The position numbers and the translations under genes are program-made. A DNA stretch of 63,858 nt, filler included, from Intoshia linei (Eukaryota > Animalia > Orthonectida), in assembly GCA_001642005.1 (NCBI GenBank). It is 7 parts of 7 records of this genome, joined end to end, with 100 filler letters (N's around TTAATTAATTAA, not from the genome) between each part and the next. Parts side by side here need not be neighbours in the genome. Positions count along the whole stretch, not along the records: positions 1 to 7,319 come from LWCA01001579.1; positions 7,420 to 19,907 come from LWCA01001076.1; positions 20,008 to 32,620 come from LWCA01001066.1; 4 more parts are not named here. One strand, given 5' to 3'. The notes beneath the pieces were generated by a model. The model was not told the origin of the DNA. It searched no databases and saw only the letters and a list, made by a program, of their open reading frames with translations. Below are positions 1 to 20,183 of the stretch, one piece after another; the stretch's first letter is position 1, and each line of letters opens with the position of its first letter.

Positions 1-440
1 TTTATAATAAAGTTACAATAAAAACGACATTACTTATGAAACGACCTAATACTAGTTACATTAAGAGAAAGATTTGCTTTTATGGAAGAATACAATTTTT
101 TCGAATTAATTGATATCACCAAATTCAATGAATTTTATTTCCGGCTCATCATATATCGGCGTTGAACTCAATGTATCCTGATATTTTTGATATATCATCT
201 TTAACTAGCGAATTAAAATATATATACGCCGATGAAGATTTTAAGAAATGTACCTCAATTCAGAAATTATTGGAATATATATAGAACTGATCTATTAAAT
301 GTAATACCATAGAGTGTAAAATGTATGGAATTATTACTCACTATCCCTATAACTTCGGTTTCTAATGAAAGAAGTTTTCGACACTCAATAGAATTAGATC
401 ATATCTGAGGTGTACAATGGTGCAAGATAGACTAGGATAT
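1..440 (+). mobile_element. Decayed hAT (ZMYM1/Tip100-like) transposase C-terminal dimerization fragment
   Basis: ~325-435 reads LLLTIPITSVSNERSF..TLNRIRSYLRCTMVQDRL, matching the hATC motif (lP.T..s.ERsFS.l..ik..lR..m.q.Rl), with a frameshift. Confidence 0.75.
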
Positions 441-879
441 TAAGTTTATATATGTTTCGTTTCTATGGTACTGTGTTGAGCACGAATAACGTTTTGACCT
501 CAGAGTCACCACTGGTGATATACCAATGTTAGGTGTTTTTCAAAATGCGCACCGTGTAATATAATAAAAAAATAATGTCTCAATCTACTAAATCAATTCA
601 ATTGTACGGATTTATATAACTGAAAAGGGACCTTGCAATTCTTTAAAATTGATTGTTACATACTGAGTCAAAAATTAAATTAAATATAATGTTCATCATG
701 TCGCGACGTCTATCACTTATAAAAAATGTAAAATTGAATGTCTGTGTCACACACAGTGTGTGTGTCTGATTATTACAGTATATTTAAAAAATTAACTGTC
801 GTAGAATAGAAAAACCCAATTTCTAATAGTTTTTCGCAGGAGATGTTGATATCTAATTTCCATTCAAGGGTTTAATTGA

Positions 880-1107
880 AAAAATATTAAAAAACCTCCT
901 CTTTAAGGTTTGGTAAAAAATATTTCAAAGTTCCCCTATAAGGGCTTGGTTAAAAAAATCTTAAAATATTTCCTCTTCAAGGTTTGGTAAAATATAATCT
1001 GAAATTCCCTTATACTCTTTGGTTAAACAAAAACAATCTGAAAATTCCAATTAAAGGGCTTGGTTAAAAAATATTCTGAAAATTCACTTTTACAGTTTGG
1101 TAAAAAA
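880..1107 (+). repeat. Degenerate ~31-nt minisatellite (core aaggtttggtaaaaaa)
   Basis: About seven diverged units such as ctttaaggtttggtaaaaaatatt; related to arrays at 12950-13400, 32895-32990, 43655-44184 and 60845-61090. Confidence 0.7.
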
Positions 1108-1629
1108 TATGTTCATAATATATAATTTATATACAGTGTAATATGAAAAATGACATTTATTTACCTAAAATTTAAAATATTACTAGCCACTTTAAAACTA
1201 ACGCAAAACACTTATTTAAAGTTCATTATCCCATAATTATAATTAAACAAATCACATGATTAAATTAGATTTCAATAACCTTTTAGGGAAGCATTATCAT
1301 CTGATTAATATTCATTTTTTAAATTCAGAAACCACCACGTGAAAGAATTATTCCATCAAATTAAATCTTCACTAATGAGAAAGATCATTGCGAAAAATCA
1401 ATATACACAACGAACTATTATGATACGCAACAAATGAAATTATATCAATCATATTGGGATGAATTTTTCATGATTGTTGATGAAACTCATCTAAAGCAGC
1501 GCTTCTAACATTCAGGAAGGTACTACGTACCAAATTGGTACTACCAAGTATAACATTGTCCAGCTAGTATTCACTAAAATCTTACGTAGACAAACACAAT
1601 CAAACCTCGAATAATAATGTAAATATTAC

Positions 1630-2923
1630 ATTGTTGACGAATACGTTGAATCCATCCGCAAACAACTACACGTCTACCAACCTGTTGTTGACATTTCGAT
1701 ATTGAAAACTAAACAATGTATAAATATAATGTGTGTTTACATAAACTTAAACAGCAATTTGTCAATAGTTTTTGGTAGGTAGAAAATTTTTCACTACCCG
1801 CAAATTAAAAATACATTTTAAACAATAACTAGAAAAATTTAACTAGAATTATGATCCATGATTATGAAAAAGTTCCACATCCTGAGACAGGATACAACCA
1901 CATATCGATACAGTAAATCACCGAATATTAAATTTCAATCTCAGAAATTTAATTCTTCCAGATCAAAAACATATACTATCATCTTATTACAATCCTTTAC
2001 TTATATACAATGGAATGTCTGTGTGTTACCGTTTATTTAAAAGTTTGACAGTCGTAGAATTAAAAAAACTCAATTTCTAATACAGTTTTTCCCAGGTATA
2101 CTGTTTATATCTATTTTTCAGTTTCAGAATTTGAGTTCTTTAGGATCAAAAACCCAATTTGACTTTTTGTTACCCAATATTTTTCAATTTGAATTTAAAT
2201 TACAATGAAAATAGATTGTACTAAAAATTTAAAAATTTTGATTTCACTTTGAAGATTGAAGCAAAATTGGATATCACGTATCCTTTGCATACAATACGAT
2301 ACATTGCAATTTGCAACATGCTGGCGCAAATATAAACGACTCAACCGTTTGATTCGTAAATATATATAACCGTTGGAATCGATTCAATAGACTTGTTGAT
2401 CTGTTCAATTTTTAGCGAGTCTAATGATTTTACAACCGTTGCAACATTTTTAAGTTTTTCTTGTTTTGAAATATAATTGGAATAATTTTTTGAAAATTTT
2501 TTTAATTTTGACTTTGTAATAGGATCCCAAGTTTTTTCAATCTAATTTTAAAATTAATAAACTAAATTTAAAATAGTAAAAATTATTGTAAAATGTATTA
2601 TAAAAGTACAAAAAGTAATTATGAAAATTTGATAAAAAATGAAAAATTCATTACGAAAATTTTTCGAAATACATTCAATACAAATTTATAAAAAAAATTA
2701 AATTTAAGCATTAAAAACCTCATTGAAAATTAGTATATCTACCACAAGTCGTTTGTCTGCTATGGGACTGTGTTCTAAAGCCTAAACATAATGCATTAAA
2801 ATTTAACATTCATCTGATTGTTTATATATTTACCTTAAAAACTGTGGAATACGGTTTAGTTTTTGTTCCATTTCCCTCCACATCAGAACCATTTAATTCT
2901 GATACATAAATCTGGCTTTCCAT
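1630..2923 (-). CDS. NARS1: Cytoplasmic asparaginyl-tRNA synthetase, 5' portion (remainder not found in window)
   Basis: Phase-consistent GT-AG exons 2923-2834, 2781-2719, 2541-2371, 1708-1630: MESQIYVSELNGSDVEGNGTKTKPYSTVFK/ALEHS.../IEKTWDPITKSKLKKF.../FSISKCQQQVGRRVVVCGWIQRIRQQ. This matches the AsnRS N-terminal extension (YVS..GSD..G.GT..KP; W..I.KS.LK) and the OB-fold start (G.RV.V.GW..R.R.Q). Confidence 0.9.
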
Positions 2924-3307
2924 TATTTATTTGGTAAATCTACTTGATTTATTTTTAAATATATTTTAAATCGATGAATGCGATAATAAATTTAATTTTG
3001 AGATAAAGTTAAATTATAGTTGACTGTTTTCATTCAATATTTATACAAATTATTCGTGTTCGTGTGATTATTAGGAATGGTAATTCACGATATCAAGATT
3101 TTTATCACCTTTAAAACAATTTCATACGACCTAAAAAAAATCAGATAAAATCTCCAGTTCGCTTATAATATAAATTATATTGCAATTTCGAATGAAGGGA
3201 TTGACATAATTTTGGCAAAACAGACAAGCATAGAAATAATTCTTCATTTTTATTGGAAAATTTTAATAAAAAATTTAATTCAACAATACAATTATATCAT
3301 TAATTAA

Positions 3308-5577
3308 TTACTTGAAAGTGAAATATAAAATGATGGAAAAAATAACAATAACAATGAAAATTATTATAAAGCATATTAATTTGTTTTTTCTGGCTTTTTG
3401 CTAAATAAATAAATTAAAAACATCAAAAATTTTATAAAATGATAAACCTTGTGCCTTAATCCTTGAGTTAGATCTTTATCAGCTTTTTGGACATGTTGTT
3501 CAGTCATTTCAATGTTACTTTCAATTGTATCTAATTATTAAATAAAAAACTTGCGGTAAAATTTTATAGCATTAATAGCATTTTCAACAATCTGTGACCC
3601 TGTGTTCCCGGGCCAACAAAACAATTTTAGGACCACTACAAAAATTCAGATTTGATAACGTTGTAAAAATTAATTAAAAAAAATGTGAAGGAGTGAATTA
3701 TATAGATTTTCAGCAATATTTCTTTATTGGAAATTTGTAGACGTTCAATACACATTTTTTTTAAAATTTTAGGATCAATATTTACATTTTCAATTTTTAT
3801 TTTAATCAAAATATTTGAAAAATATTAGTTAATAATATATTAAAAATTATTTTTCACGGGGAATGCGTAGATTTCTGAGGTTGAAATTTTGTATTTATAT
3901 CAACTGGAATAAGCTCTATCAGAATAATCTTCTTTTTTTTTTAATTCTTGAACCGTTATTTATTTCACATTTTTTGTTTTAATAAAATATTTCGGAAAAA
4001 AAAATATATGAATACTAAAATGCTTTTTTGACCGTGAAGACGTCACTTATCGGATTGAAAATTTTGTTTGTGTGTTAACAGGATACAACTATACCACCTG
4101 TAAATTTTTTGAAATTCTAGGGTTGTTTTCATTAAAAAAAAAAAAGGGTAATTGGGGATTTGGCCCTGAAGATATATTTTTTTTAAATTTAAATTTATGA
4201 TAATATGTATGATTTTAAAATCCAGATCAGAGTGTATATTGAAAAATTGAGATTTTTGATTAATTATTCAACTTTTTTCGAGCCTTAATTTTTAAAATTT
4301 ATGAACACCCATACTGTGTATCTACTGTTATGTAGTTAGAAAATATATAAATGCAAAAAAGTAAAATTTTACCACACGTACTGTTAATAAACTAAATTGT
4401 ATTAATTTCCAATTATAATTATCTAATAAACTAATAAAAACCAATGTTTTCTCCTTGTTCATGAATAATGTTGTTGAGATCTCTAAACACTTGGTTGATA
4501 TCTATCATGTCTTTTTCAATTTTTCTTATAGTTTCATCCTCTTGGTTTAATTTACGCAGTTGAGCTTCATCTTCTTCTATAAAGGCAGCAGATTTTTGAA
4601 GATTAGGATTGTCCAAAAGTTTTGTAGTTTCATCATCCTGCTTCAAATTATAATTAAAGAATTATGATTCTTATTGGAAAGATTTTACCAAAAAAATCTT
4701 TTACACCAGTTAACGATAATTTTAATGCTTGTAAAATTTTAAACCCTTGGTGAAATCACCGCCAATGAAATAAACGTTTAAAAAAAGTATTAAAAAATTC
4801 CATTTCATTGTTTATTAAAATATAATTACATCTTTCCAATCAAGCATCTTGTCATTTTCCTTTCTAAGATTGTTGGCAATTTTCTAAGTTGTAAAATTCA
4901 AAATATAAAAAGATGTCGTACTTTTTGAAGTGTATGTAATTCTTGGGCTGTACTGCGAAATTCGTTCTTAATTTCATCGTGACGGGATTTTTGGAGGCTG
5001 TTTTTGGGATCATAATTTGCTGAAAGGTTTCGGAATGTAGTTAAAGCTGTACCAACAAAATCATTTGCTTCGTCTTCAAGTTTGTGTCTATAAAAATAAT
5101 ATAACAAACAACACACATGAGAGTTGATCACTACACGACACATTTTTGATGACTTTTTAATTTTTAAAAAAATGAAAACACGACAAAAACATGTTTGTGT
5201 TTTTAATATTTTAACAGTTAAAGTTTAACTCGTAAATTTAAAAACATGGATCCAACCTTGTCATATTAGGCAACCTACTATTTTTTAAATTATCAAATGA
5301 AAAAAATTACATTTTATTAATTAGAGAAACAGGTTGATTCGTTTGTAAAGACGTCAAATGGCCTTCTAATGTAAGTACTAAAATGGTTAAATGAAAATCA
5401 AGTTAATGAAAGGTTAAATTAAATTAACTATTATTTCGAATATTTTTGATAAGTTCTTTTAATTTGTATAAATTATTATCAAAAACTGACGAATCTAAAA
5501 TAGTAAATAAATTTAAATTATATAATTCTAAAACATAATTATAATTGAAATTTACTTTTATTGTACTGAAAGCTCAT
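3308..5577 (-). CDS. Syntaxin-7/12-like Qa-SNARE (~248 aa, 8 exons)
   Basis: Exons 5577-5556, 5494-5429, 5377-5311, 5087-4922, 4883-4830, 4637(or 4640)-4442, 3530-3448, 3400-3308. SNARE motif IRKIEKDMIDINQVFRDLNNIIHEQGENIDTIESNIE with the Q layer, then a C-terminal TM (LICFIIIFIVIVIFSIILYF) and TAA. Confidence 0.9.
3720..4290 (-). mobile_element. Internal fragment of the non-autonomous Helitron family, in a syntaxin intron
   Basis: Near-identical to 21740-22260 (gtagacgttcaat...caactggaataagctctatcagaataat...ggccctgaagatatat). Confidence 0.8.
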
Positions 5578-7020
5578 AATTTCAGACTTGTTGTTTTAAT
5601 TTTTAAATTTAAAGTGTTTTTTAAACAAATTAAATACAAATGCAAATTGTAAATTGCAAAAAATTAGAGTTTACAAATCCAATTTCTAATATGCAACTCT
5701 ATAAAATAAAGTTGATTCTATAACAAATTATTGGGTCAAAATTTAAATTACTTTATTTTAAACAATTTAACGACGAAACGTATGTATTATTATTTTTTAA
5801 ATACAATACTGTATATATAATATTAATCTGTACATTATCGATATAATTTATATATATATATTTATTGAACTTTAGTATCGATTTATTTTATATATGTGGT
5901 TATCATTCATTTGTATTTGTTTTTGAAGAGTCATCATTGATATAATGACTAATGTATTGTATTTACCGTATTTGCGTTAATGATGGTGTATCTTTTATTT
6001 TTGCATGTCTCATTTCTTTATTATCTGGATGTCTTCTTATTTTAATTTTCTAATTACTGTATGTGTTTACGTTTTACAAGCTTTGGCAGTTTGAATATTT
6101 ATTTGATTAATAAATACATGTATCACGTTTCCATTTACTATTTCAAAATATTGATCAATTTATTGAGTTTTATTTGTTGGTTTATTAAAATTTGTTAATT
6201 TTATCCTTATTTTTTAATTTTGTTTATATACCAAAATAAATCAATTAGGGACTTCTCCGACACTATGTAGTATAGCAACTGGATATAGTACCGCATATGC
6301 CATATGCAGTCTTGATAATATAATAAATTTGTACAATAGACACCTTAAGGCTTAACATAGTTAAAAATACAATTGTATCAATGATAATACGTATTCTTTT
6401 TTATATTTAGATATCAATTCCAACCCCGCGTAAATAAAATTTATAGAATATTTAGAATAATTTTCAAAATTTGGAAATTTTTTAATTCATAAATATTTGC
6501 ATTACAAATTCGCCTTGTTCATAAATTTTTCCTTAGTTTTAATAAAATTTTTCTTATTTAAATTATATCTAGTAATGTTGCTTTCGAGGTGATAGGATAT
6601 TGGTATTTTGTTCAATCGTTTGCATTTTGGGTAATGATTCATATTTGAAATTTTTTCCAATATTACTCTATAAATTTATAAATAAGGGTAAAAAAAGTTT
6701 GAGGGGATACCAAAAATTAGAATTACATAAACTACTCTATACTTTGACTTTTTGAAATTATTAAAATAATTAAAAATAATTAGAGTAAATTAAAAATTCA
6801 TAGTTAAAAACTGATTAAGTGTAGAGATTAAATTATTTTACTTTTTTTGTATGTGGGATGAAAAATTTTTTTTAAAAAAAAATATACCGTAAATTGTTTT
6901 TCTTTTCCTGAAGATATAAAAGAATTTCGTATCGTTTTAATGTTTGGTTATTGTAATCTTGACACTAAAATTTAAATTTGAACAGATTCATATAAATTTT
7001 AAATTGTATTTTGTATAAAC

Positions 7021-7319
7021 CAGGGATGGGCAACATACGGCCCGCGAGGTGTACGCAACGTTAGTTTAGATCCGGCCCGAAATAATTTTTATTATAAAAA
7101 TTATTTTTTAATTTAAAATTCTAAATTGTACATTATAATTAAAATTAACATTAAAAGATTAAAAATTTACATAGTAACATATTTTGTCGTCTTAAACAAG
7201 CAAAACAATAAAAAATAGAAAAGTGGACTCTGAATGCAGAATTTTCCAAAAATTAAGGGAATTAAAATATTATTTTATGGAGCACTACAACAAACCTGTT
7301 TGTGTAATCTGCCAAGAAA
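7021..7319 (+). mobile_element. hAT (SPIN/Charlie, GTF2IRD2-like) element 5' end with transposase N-terminus, cut by spacer
   Basis: TIR-like CAGGGATGGGCAAC followed by cggcccgcg; ~7215-7318 reads RKVDSECRIFQKLRELKYYFMEHYNKPVCVICQE. Confidence 0.8.
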
Positions 7320-7419
7320 NNNNNNNNNNNNNNNNNNNNNNNNNNNNNNNNNNNNNNNNNNNNTTAATTAATTAANNNNNNNNNNNNNNNNNNNNNNNNN
7401 NNNNNNNNNNNNNNNNNNN
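7320..7419. other. Assembly spacer (N-run with central TTAATTAATTAA)
   Basis: The same structure occurs at 19908-20006, 32621-32720, 44185-44284, 46179-46278 and 53367-53466; the 12-mer places a stop in all six frames. Confidence 0.95.
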
Positions 7420-8134
7420 GTATTTCAATGAAAATAATTATATTCAGTATAAAATGTTAAAAAAATGAAAATTACAAATTTTTTGCATTGAAATTTTCAA
7501 TTTTACATAAAATTTACATTTCTTGCATTTAAAAAAACCCTATTAAGAATTTTTTTAATTTTAATTTGTACAATTGTACAATGTACAATTTTTTTCATCT
7601 AAAATTTATTCAGACAGGCTGAGTACGAATACGAGTTACGAAGAGTACGATTTTTAAGTTAGATTTTCAACGTAAATTTATTTTTTAAGTATAATAAAAA
7701 TGTGCCCTCGACAGAGCTAGATCCTATTTGTACGTAGTACATAACAGTCAAGTTAGTAATGTATAATAAATAATTACGTTGTGTATAATAACATTTTACA
7801 TATTTACTGTTTTTATGTTAATTATTTATTTTTATTATTTTTATTTTTAATGATGACCAATGCGATTTCCAACGGTTATTTTGAAGTTTTAGATAATGAA
7901 CTATCACTTAAGCCATGTATAGAGTTTTTATTTTATTAAAAATTTTTATAGGGGCCTACTGCTGGCTCTCCACGGCCCTGTACGTAAATATAAATTTAAA
8001 TTATAACCAGTATTATATGGGCCAAAATTTATATTTTTTACGTCAGTATTGAGTCATTTCTAAAAATCATTTTTTTCTAAATGTATTTCTTAATAAACAT
8101 TGTAAATTCTTTTTCGAATAATATAATAAAAAGA

Positions 8135-8335
8135 AAATTTCTGAAAATAAGCCAGACAATGTATGGAATTGTGATGAAACTGGATTATACTATAAACGGG
8201 GATCTAACAAAACTCTAACCACTTCTGAAATCGTAATATTTATAGTAAAACAAAAAAGGAGAGGATAACTGTTTTATTTTGTGTGTCTATGACCGGAGAA
8301 AAGGCTGATTCACTTTTTATTGGTTTATCGAAAAA
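8135..8335 (+). mobile_element. pogo/Tigger transposase DDE fragment (decayed)
   Basis: PDNVWNCDETGLYYKRGSNKTL and, after a frameshift, KERITVLFCVSMTGEK. Confidence 0.85.
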
Positions 8336-10047
8336 TTTTCTTTGGATTCTCTGAAGAATCAGATATTGGATTATGCAAACTGTTATAAATAATAAATAAT
8401 AATACTAAATTATAACTTTTGATAATTATCAAAATTTGATATAAATTTGTCCAGCTATGTTAATATCAAACAATAATGAAATGAAAATATCGATGATATT
8501 CACTATGTTCCATAATATGTTAATAATAATAATAAGAATCCATAATAATCAGTGGTTTCAAGAGTGGTCCATAGGAAATGCTAGGTGGTCCACAAGAAAA
8601 AGTTTAAATAAAATGAATATACTCTTTTTTTAACAATAAAATTAAATGATAATATTATTCATCATTTATTATTATTATTAGTGAACGTAAGCATTTTATC
8701 AAAATTTGAATGGACCTGCGAATAACATACGGATATTTTTAACAATTTAAACAGAAAATTCGAATATTTTTCATAAATATACACCTTAAACATAAAAAAA
8801 TATCTTATAGGTAGTGCGATTCAACCATATTACGTTTCCAGTTATTAAAATTTAATTGTTGGTCAAAATGTGCCAGAAACCCTTAATAATTTGATTATCA
8901 CTTTGAATATAGCAATGGTCACATTGATAATTGCTATTATCACATTGCTTGTGGTTATTTTATCGTCTTGCAAAATGTTATCAGTAATCATGTGTAAGTT
9001 ATCACATTGAATTTAGTTATTATCACATTGACTATAATTATTATCATATTGATAGAGAAATAGTATAATGTAATTAAATATTCACATGCATGTATATCAG
9101 GGTGTCACATTTTTTAAAAATTTTTAGAATTTGATGGATGATTAAAACTAACTGTATTTTTAAACTAGAAACTCAATAACATAATCAAAAACAACTAACG
9201 ATATATATTTGCTTTGGGTTTAACATTTTAAATAAACCATTATAAATCTTATAGTAAAATTAAAATATAACTTTATTTTTTTCAAAAAGTGTTATAGTGA
9301 ATTGTCATGGTGTATAGAGTATTATGTTAATCATCGTTTATAACTAAATATTTTACTTTTTAAATTATTTTAGCTGTCTTAGTTCGATTAATATCAACTA
9401 TTAAATTTCTTAAATTTAGTGTATGTAATGTTATATTAATGTAAACTTTACAATTTGTAAAAAAAAAAATTTGAAAATAATTTATTATTTTATCGACATA
9501 AAAGTGAAACTTTGAATGCATATTAAAATATAACTTAACATTAAATATGAAATTCAAGTGGATTAAGATATTCACCCTTTACCCGCCTATCAGTAATTGG
9601 AATAAATAAAATTACAATTAGGTTCGGCAATACCGGTATTACTGGCCTCGTAGATAGGTCCAGAACTAATTTATAACTACTAACTGATGCATGCAAAAAT
9701 AAATGATTTATTTATTTTATATGCAACAGAAAATCGTAAAAAAATGTCCATAATTTATGACAAAACTGCGTAGCTTGTATACTGAGTTAATAATTTACAA
9801 TTTGCTAATTTATTACGTTTCATCCCATAGTTTTTTTTAATTAAAACATGCTGTATTTTTGATTATTTGTATACAAGATACAAGAGCCATTCTAATTTAC
9901 AATTACAGTTAATTATTTTGAATTAGCCAGAATTGAACTACAAATTGTACTAAAATGAAATAAATGTTCTATAGAAACGCAAAACGAGATGAACCATGAT
10001 TTATTTATTTAAATTGTTTACATCTTAAAAAGCAATAACAATATACT

Positions 10048-10753
10048 ATGGCATTACAATGGACTCTGGTGTTGTATTTCTTATACCTAGAAGTTGCAAT
10101 AACATTAATCTTGTTATTACCCATATCCACTGGGAAAACGAGACGAATAATGAGACTATTCGCCCCTTTTAAAAGTTTTTACGTATTTCGTTTGGCTTTG
10201 ACAGTAATAATGGCAATAATGATTGTTTTATTATATGATGCTTACCGTGGAATTACCAAATATTCTTTAATGATTAGCATTGAAAATCCGATGTCAAATA
10301 TTCATGCCAATCTCAATGCCGCCGCAGCTAACAATATATACATTCAATTGTTCAGAGCTCAAAGAAACATGTATCTATCATTTATCAGCATTCTGCTGGC
10401 TCTAATTATTTGGAGATTAACTGCACTAATTGAAACTCATGCTTCATTAGTAACTGATCATTTGGGAGTACTTAAGCAAGCCAAAAATGCAGGCGAAACA
10501 GCACGGCAGTTTATGGAAATGAATGGTATTTAATCTATAACAATTACTTAGTTAAAATTTTTTAATAGAAAACAAGAATGGTACAAACTTACACAAAGAG
10601 CTTGAGGAAATGATAGAATCCAAAGATAAACAGATTGAAGCAATAAAGAAACAAGCAGAATCAACAAATCGAGAATTTGACAAACTTACAACCAGATATG
10701 AACAATTGGAATCTAAACAAAAAAGCAAGTTGTCTTCAAAAAAAAAAGATTAA
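10048..10753 (+). CDS. BCAP31: B-cell receptor-associated protein 31/29-like ER membrane protein
   Basis: Exons 10048-10525 and 10569-10753 with a 43-nt intron. MALQWTLV start, three TMs, LFRAQRNMY motif, coiled coil AIKKQAESTNREFDKL and C-terminal dilysine KKKD*. Confidence 0.92.
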
Positions 10754-10809
10754 TAATTAATCTAATTGTAACAAGTTTATTTTCTAATTATAACTAACAT
10801 TTCAAATCT

Positions 10810-18123
<7,314 letters not shown>

Positions 18124-18357
18124 CTAAATATCATAAATTAACATTATATAAAAAAGTTTTCATAGTCAACAACCCATTCATAAACAAATATTCCAATAAA
18201 ATTAAAATTACGGTTAATAACAGAAATACTCATTACAATATGTAATAATATTAATTATTATTAAGATAATACTGGTAAATATCACTCAGTACGATTAGAA
18301 AATCCTTCATAACACTTTACTATACGAAAAATATTATAATATGAAAATGTATTCACC

Positions 18358-18593
18358 CAGAACCGAACCCGCCAAGCTCGAAGTCACCCCAAAAATGAAA
18401 AACTATGGCCAATATTTTTTCTATTCAAGTGTCATATGACCCTGTCCAAGGATCTTGGAATGATATTTAGAATTTAATACACAAATTAGTAATAATATTC
18501 AAGAATATATACTTTTTAATAATCAATTTAAAAAAATGAGCTCTGAAGAGAGGTATCGGGTTACCCGAGTAAGGTAGAATAGGTTCGGCACTG
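18358..18593. mobile_element. hAT-type MITE (TIR CAGA(A/G)CCGAACC / GGTTCGGCACTG)
   Basis: 8-bp TSD tattcacc/tattcgcc. Relatives at ~29679-29945, 54419-54617, 62480-62671 and a partial copy near 35625-35770. Confidence 0.8.
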
Positions 18594-18667
18594 TATTCGC
18601 CGTGAAATTGATCTGATCAAATTTAATTATAATAAGTGAGTAGTCAGGGCGTATATAAAATACTATA

Positions 18668-19907
18668 CACTGCGCGACATAAGTCTTAGGCACCCTATAC
18701 CTCACATTGTCATTAAAACCACTATAAAGTTAATAAGGCGAATATTGAACTTGAAATTAAATATCAGACTAATTAAAGAATGATTTCACAAATATATAAA
18801 ACAGGCTGATGTCATAAACTACCTATAAAAAGATACATTTTAATACGGTTTTGTTTGCAATATTAAAAATATTGACGACATAAGTCTTATGCACCTTGAT
18901 AATTTCAATTAAAATTAATTAAATATCCATAAAAATGAAAAATATAATGAATTCCTAATGATCTATAAATTAAAAATAACCATTTGTTTAATAAATGACG
19001 CGAATACGTGACAAAAACAGAATTAATGCCGTGTCTTAATGCAAGAAAAGAAAAATTCAGGGTTTTATAAGTAAAACCTTTAGTATTTATCGATGTGCGT
19101 TTCAAAATATTATTAAAAAATACAAAAAGGGTTTATGCATAGCTTACTTACCAAGATTAGATAGAAAAGGCATGCTGACAGCCAAAGAAGAGACTATTAT
19201 AATAATAGAATCAAAGAAAAACTCTTGCTTGACAGTATTAAAGGTAAAAATAAACTCCAGCATTACAAAAAGGCCTAGTTTAAAGACGGTGCAACATGTG
19301 TTATATAGATTTAAATTATATGGAAGAATTTCAAGTCGAAAACCTTTTCTTAAAAAATTTCACAGAACAAACCGTTTTAAAAGGTATAAGTAAAAAGTGG
19401 CATAGACGAACCAATGGAAAATATAAGCTTCACTGATAAAAGTTGATTTGAATTATTTACAAAAGGAAGATTATACGTTCGAAAACGTAAAAAACAAAAT
19501 TCTTATCAACGTACATAAGTAGAAGTAAAAGTATACCCAGTAAAATATGATTTGGGTGGTATTAGGGCAAATGGAAAAAGAGTAAAGTGTATAAAAAAAA
19601 GAAATGCTCAAGAATACCAGAAAATCCTTATAAAAGCAAACGAATAACATTTTTGGATGGATTGAAGAAACATCAAGAGTGTGAACTGTGTCAAACAGCA
19701 AAGACAACCCGTCCATTTATAAGGGGTAATCGTATAAAAAAATTAAAAGATTGACCAGTACAAAGTCCAGATTTCAAAATTATTGAAGAAATGTGAAAAA
19801 TTTGAAAGATACGGTTTATAAGCTACATCCAGTTAACTTAGAAGAACTATGGAGATATATACACGACCAATGGGACCGCGTACCTCTAAAAACTATTTAA
19901 GGGTTGT
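18668..19907 (+). mobile_element. Decayed Tc1-family transposon with IR/DR-type left end
   Basis: TA|CACTGCGCGACATAAGTCTTAGGCACC terminus with an inner direct repeat at 18876-18895. Remnants GRISSRKPFLKKFHRTNR, IWVVLG, SPDFKIIE and PVNLEELWRYIHDQWDRVP. Confidence 0.85.
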
Positions 19908-20183
19908 NNNNNNNNNNNNNNNNNNNNNNNNNNNNNNNNNNNNNNNNNNNNTTAATTAATTAANNNNNNNNNNNNNNNNNNNNNNNNNNNNNNNNNNNNN
20001 NNNNNNNGTGGCTATGCATATCATTTCGTTTTATCTAGTTGGCGTAATAATACAAAATATAATTAGCCTTGTTATTTTTTATCCAATGCAACATCAAGAG
20101 TTGCTGAATTGTGCTTTTTAGACAAATATAAACACAATTCATCGTTTGGAATGTTTTTGGTTCTGAATTATGGTTTTGTTTAG

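Noticed and set aside
2924-3307. STX-NARS operon or trans-splicing
   Set aside because: A short same-strand spacing alone is not evidence, and no diagnostic signal is visible.
5691-6060. Stop-codon reassignment suggested by in-frame TAA/TGA in exon-like pieces
   Set aside because: All conserved genes in the window read without internal stops and terminate at TAA or TGA, so the standard code fits.
7364-7375. TTAATTAATTAA as a biological motif
   Set aside because: It is always centred in N-runs; an artificial six-frame-stop linker.
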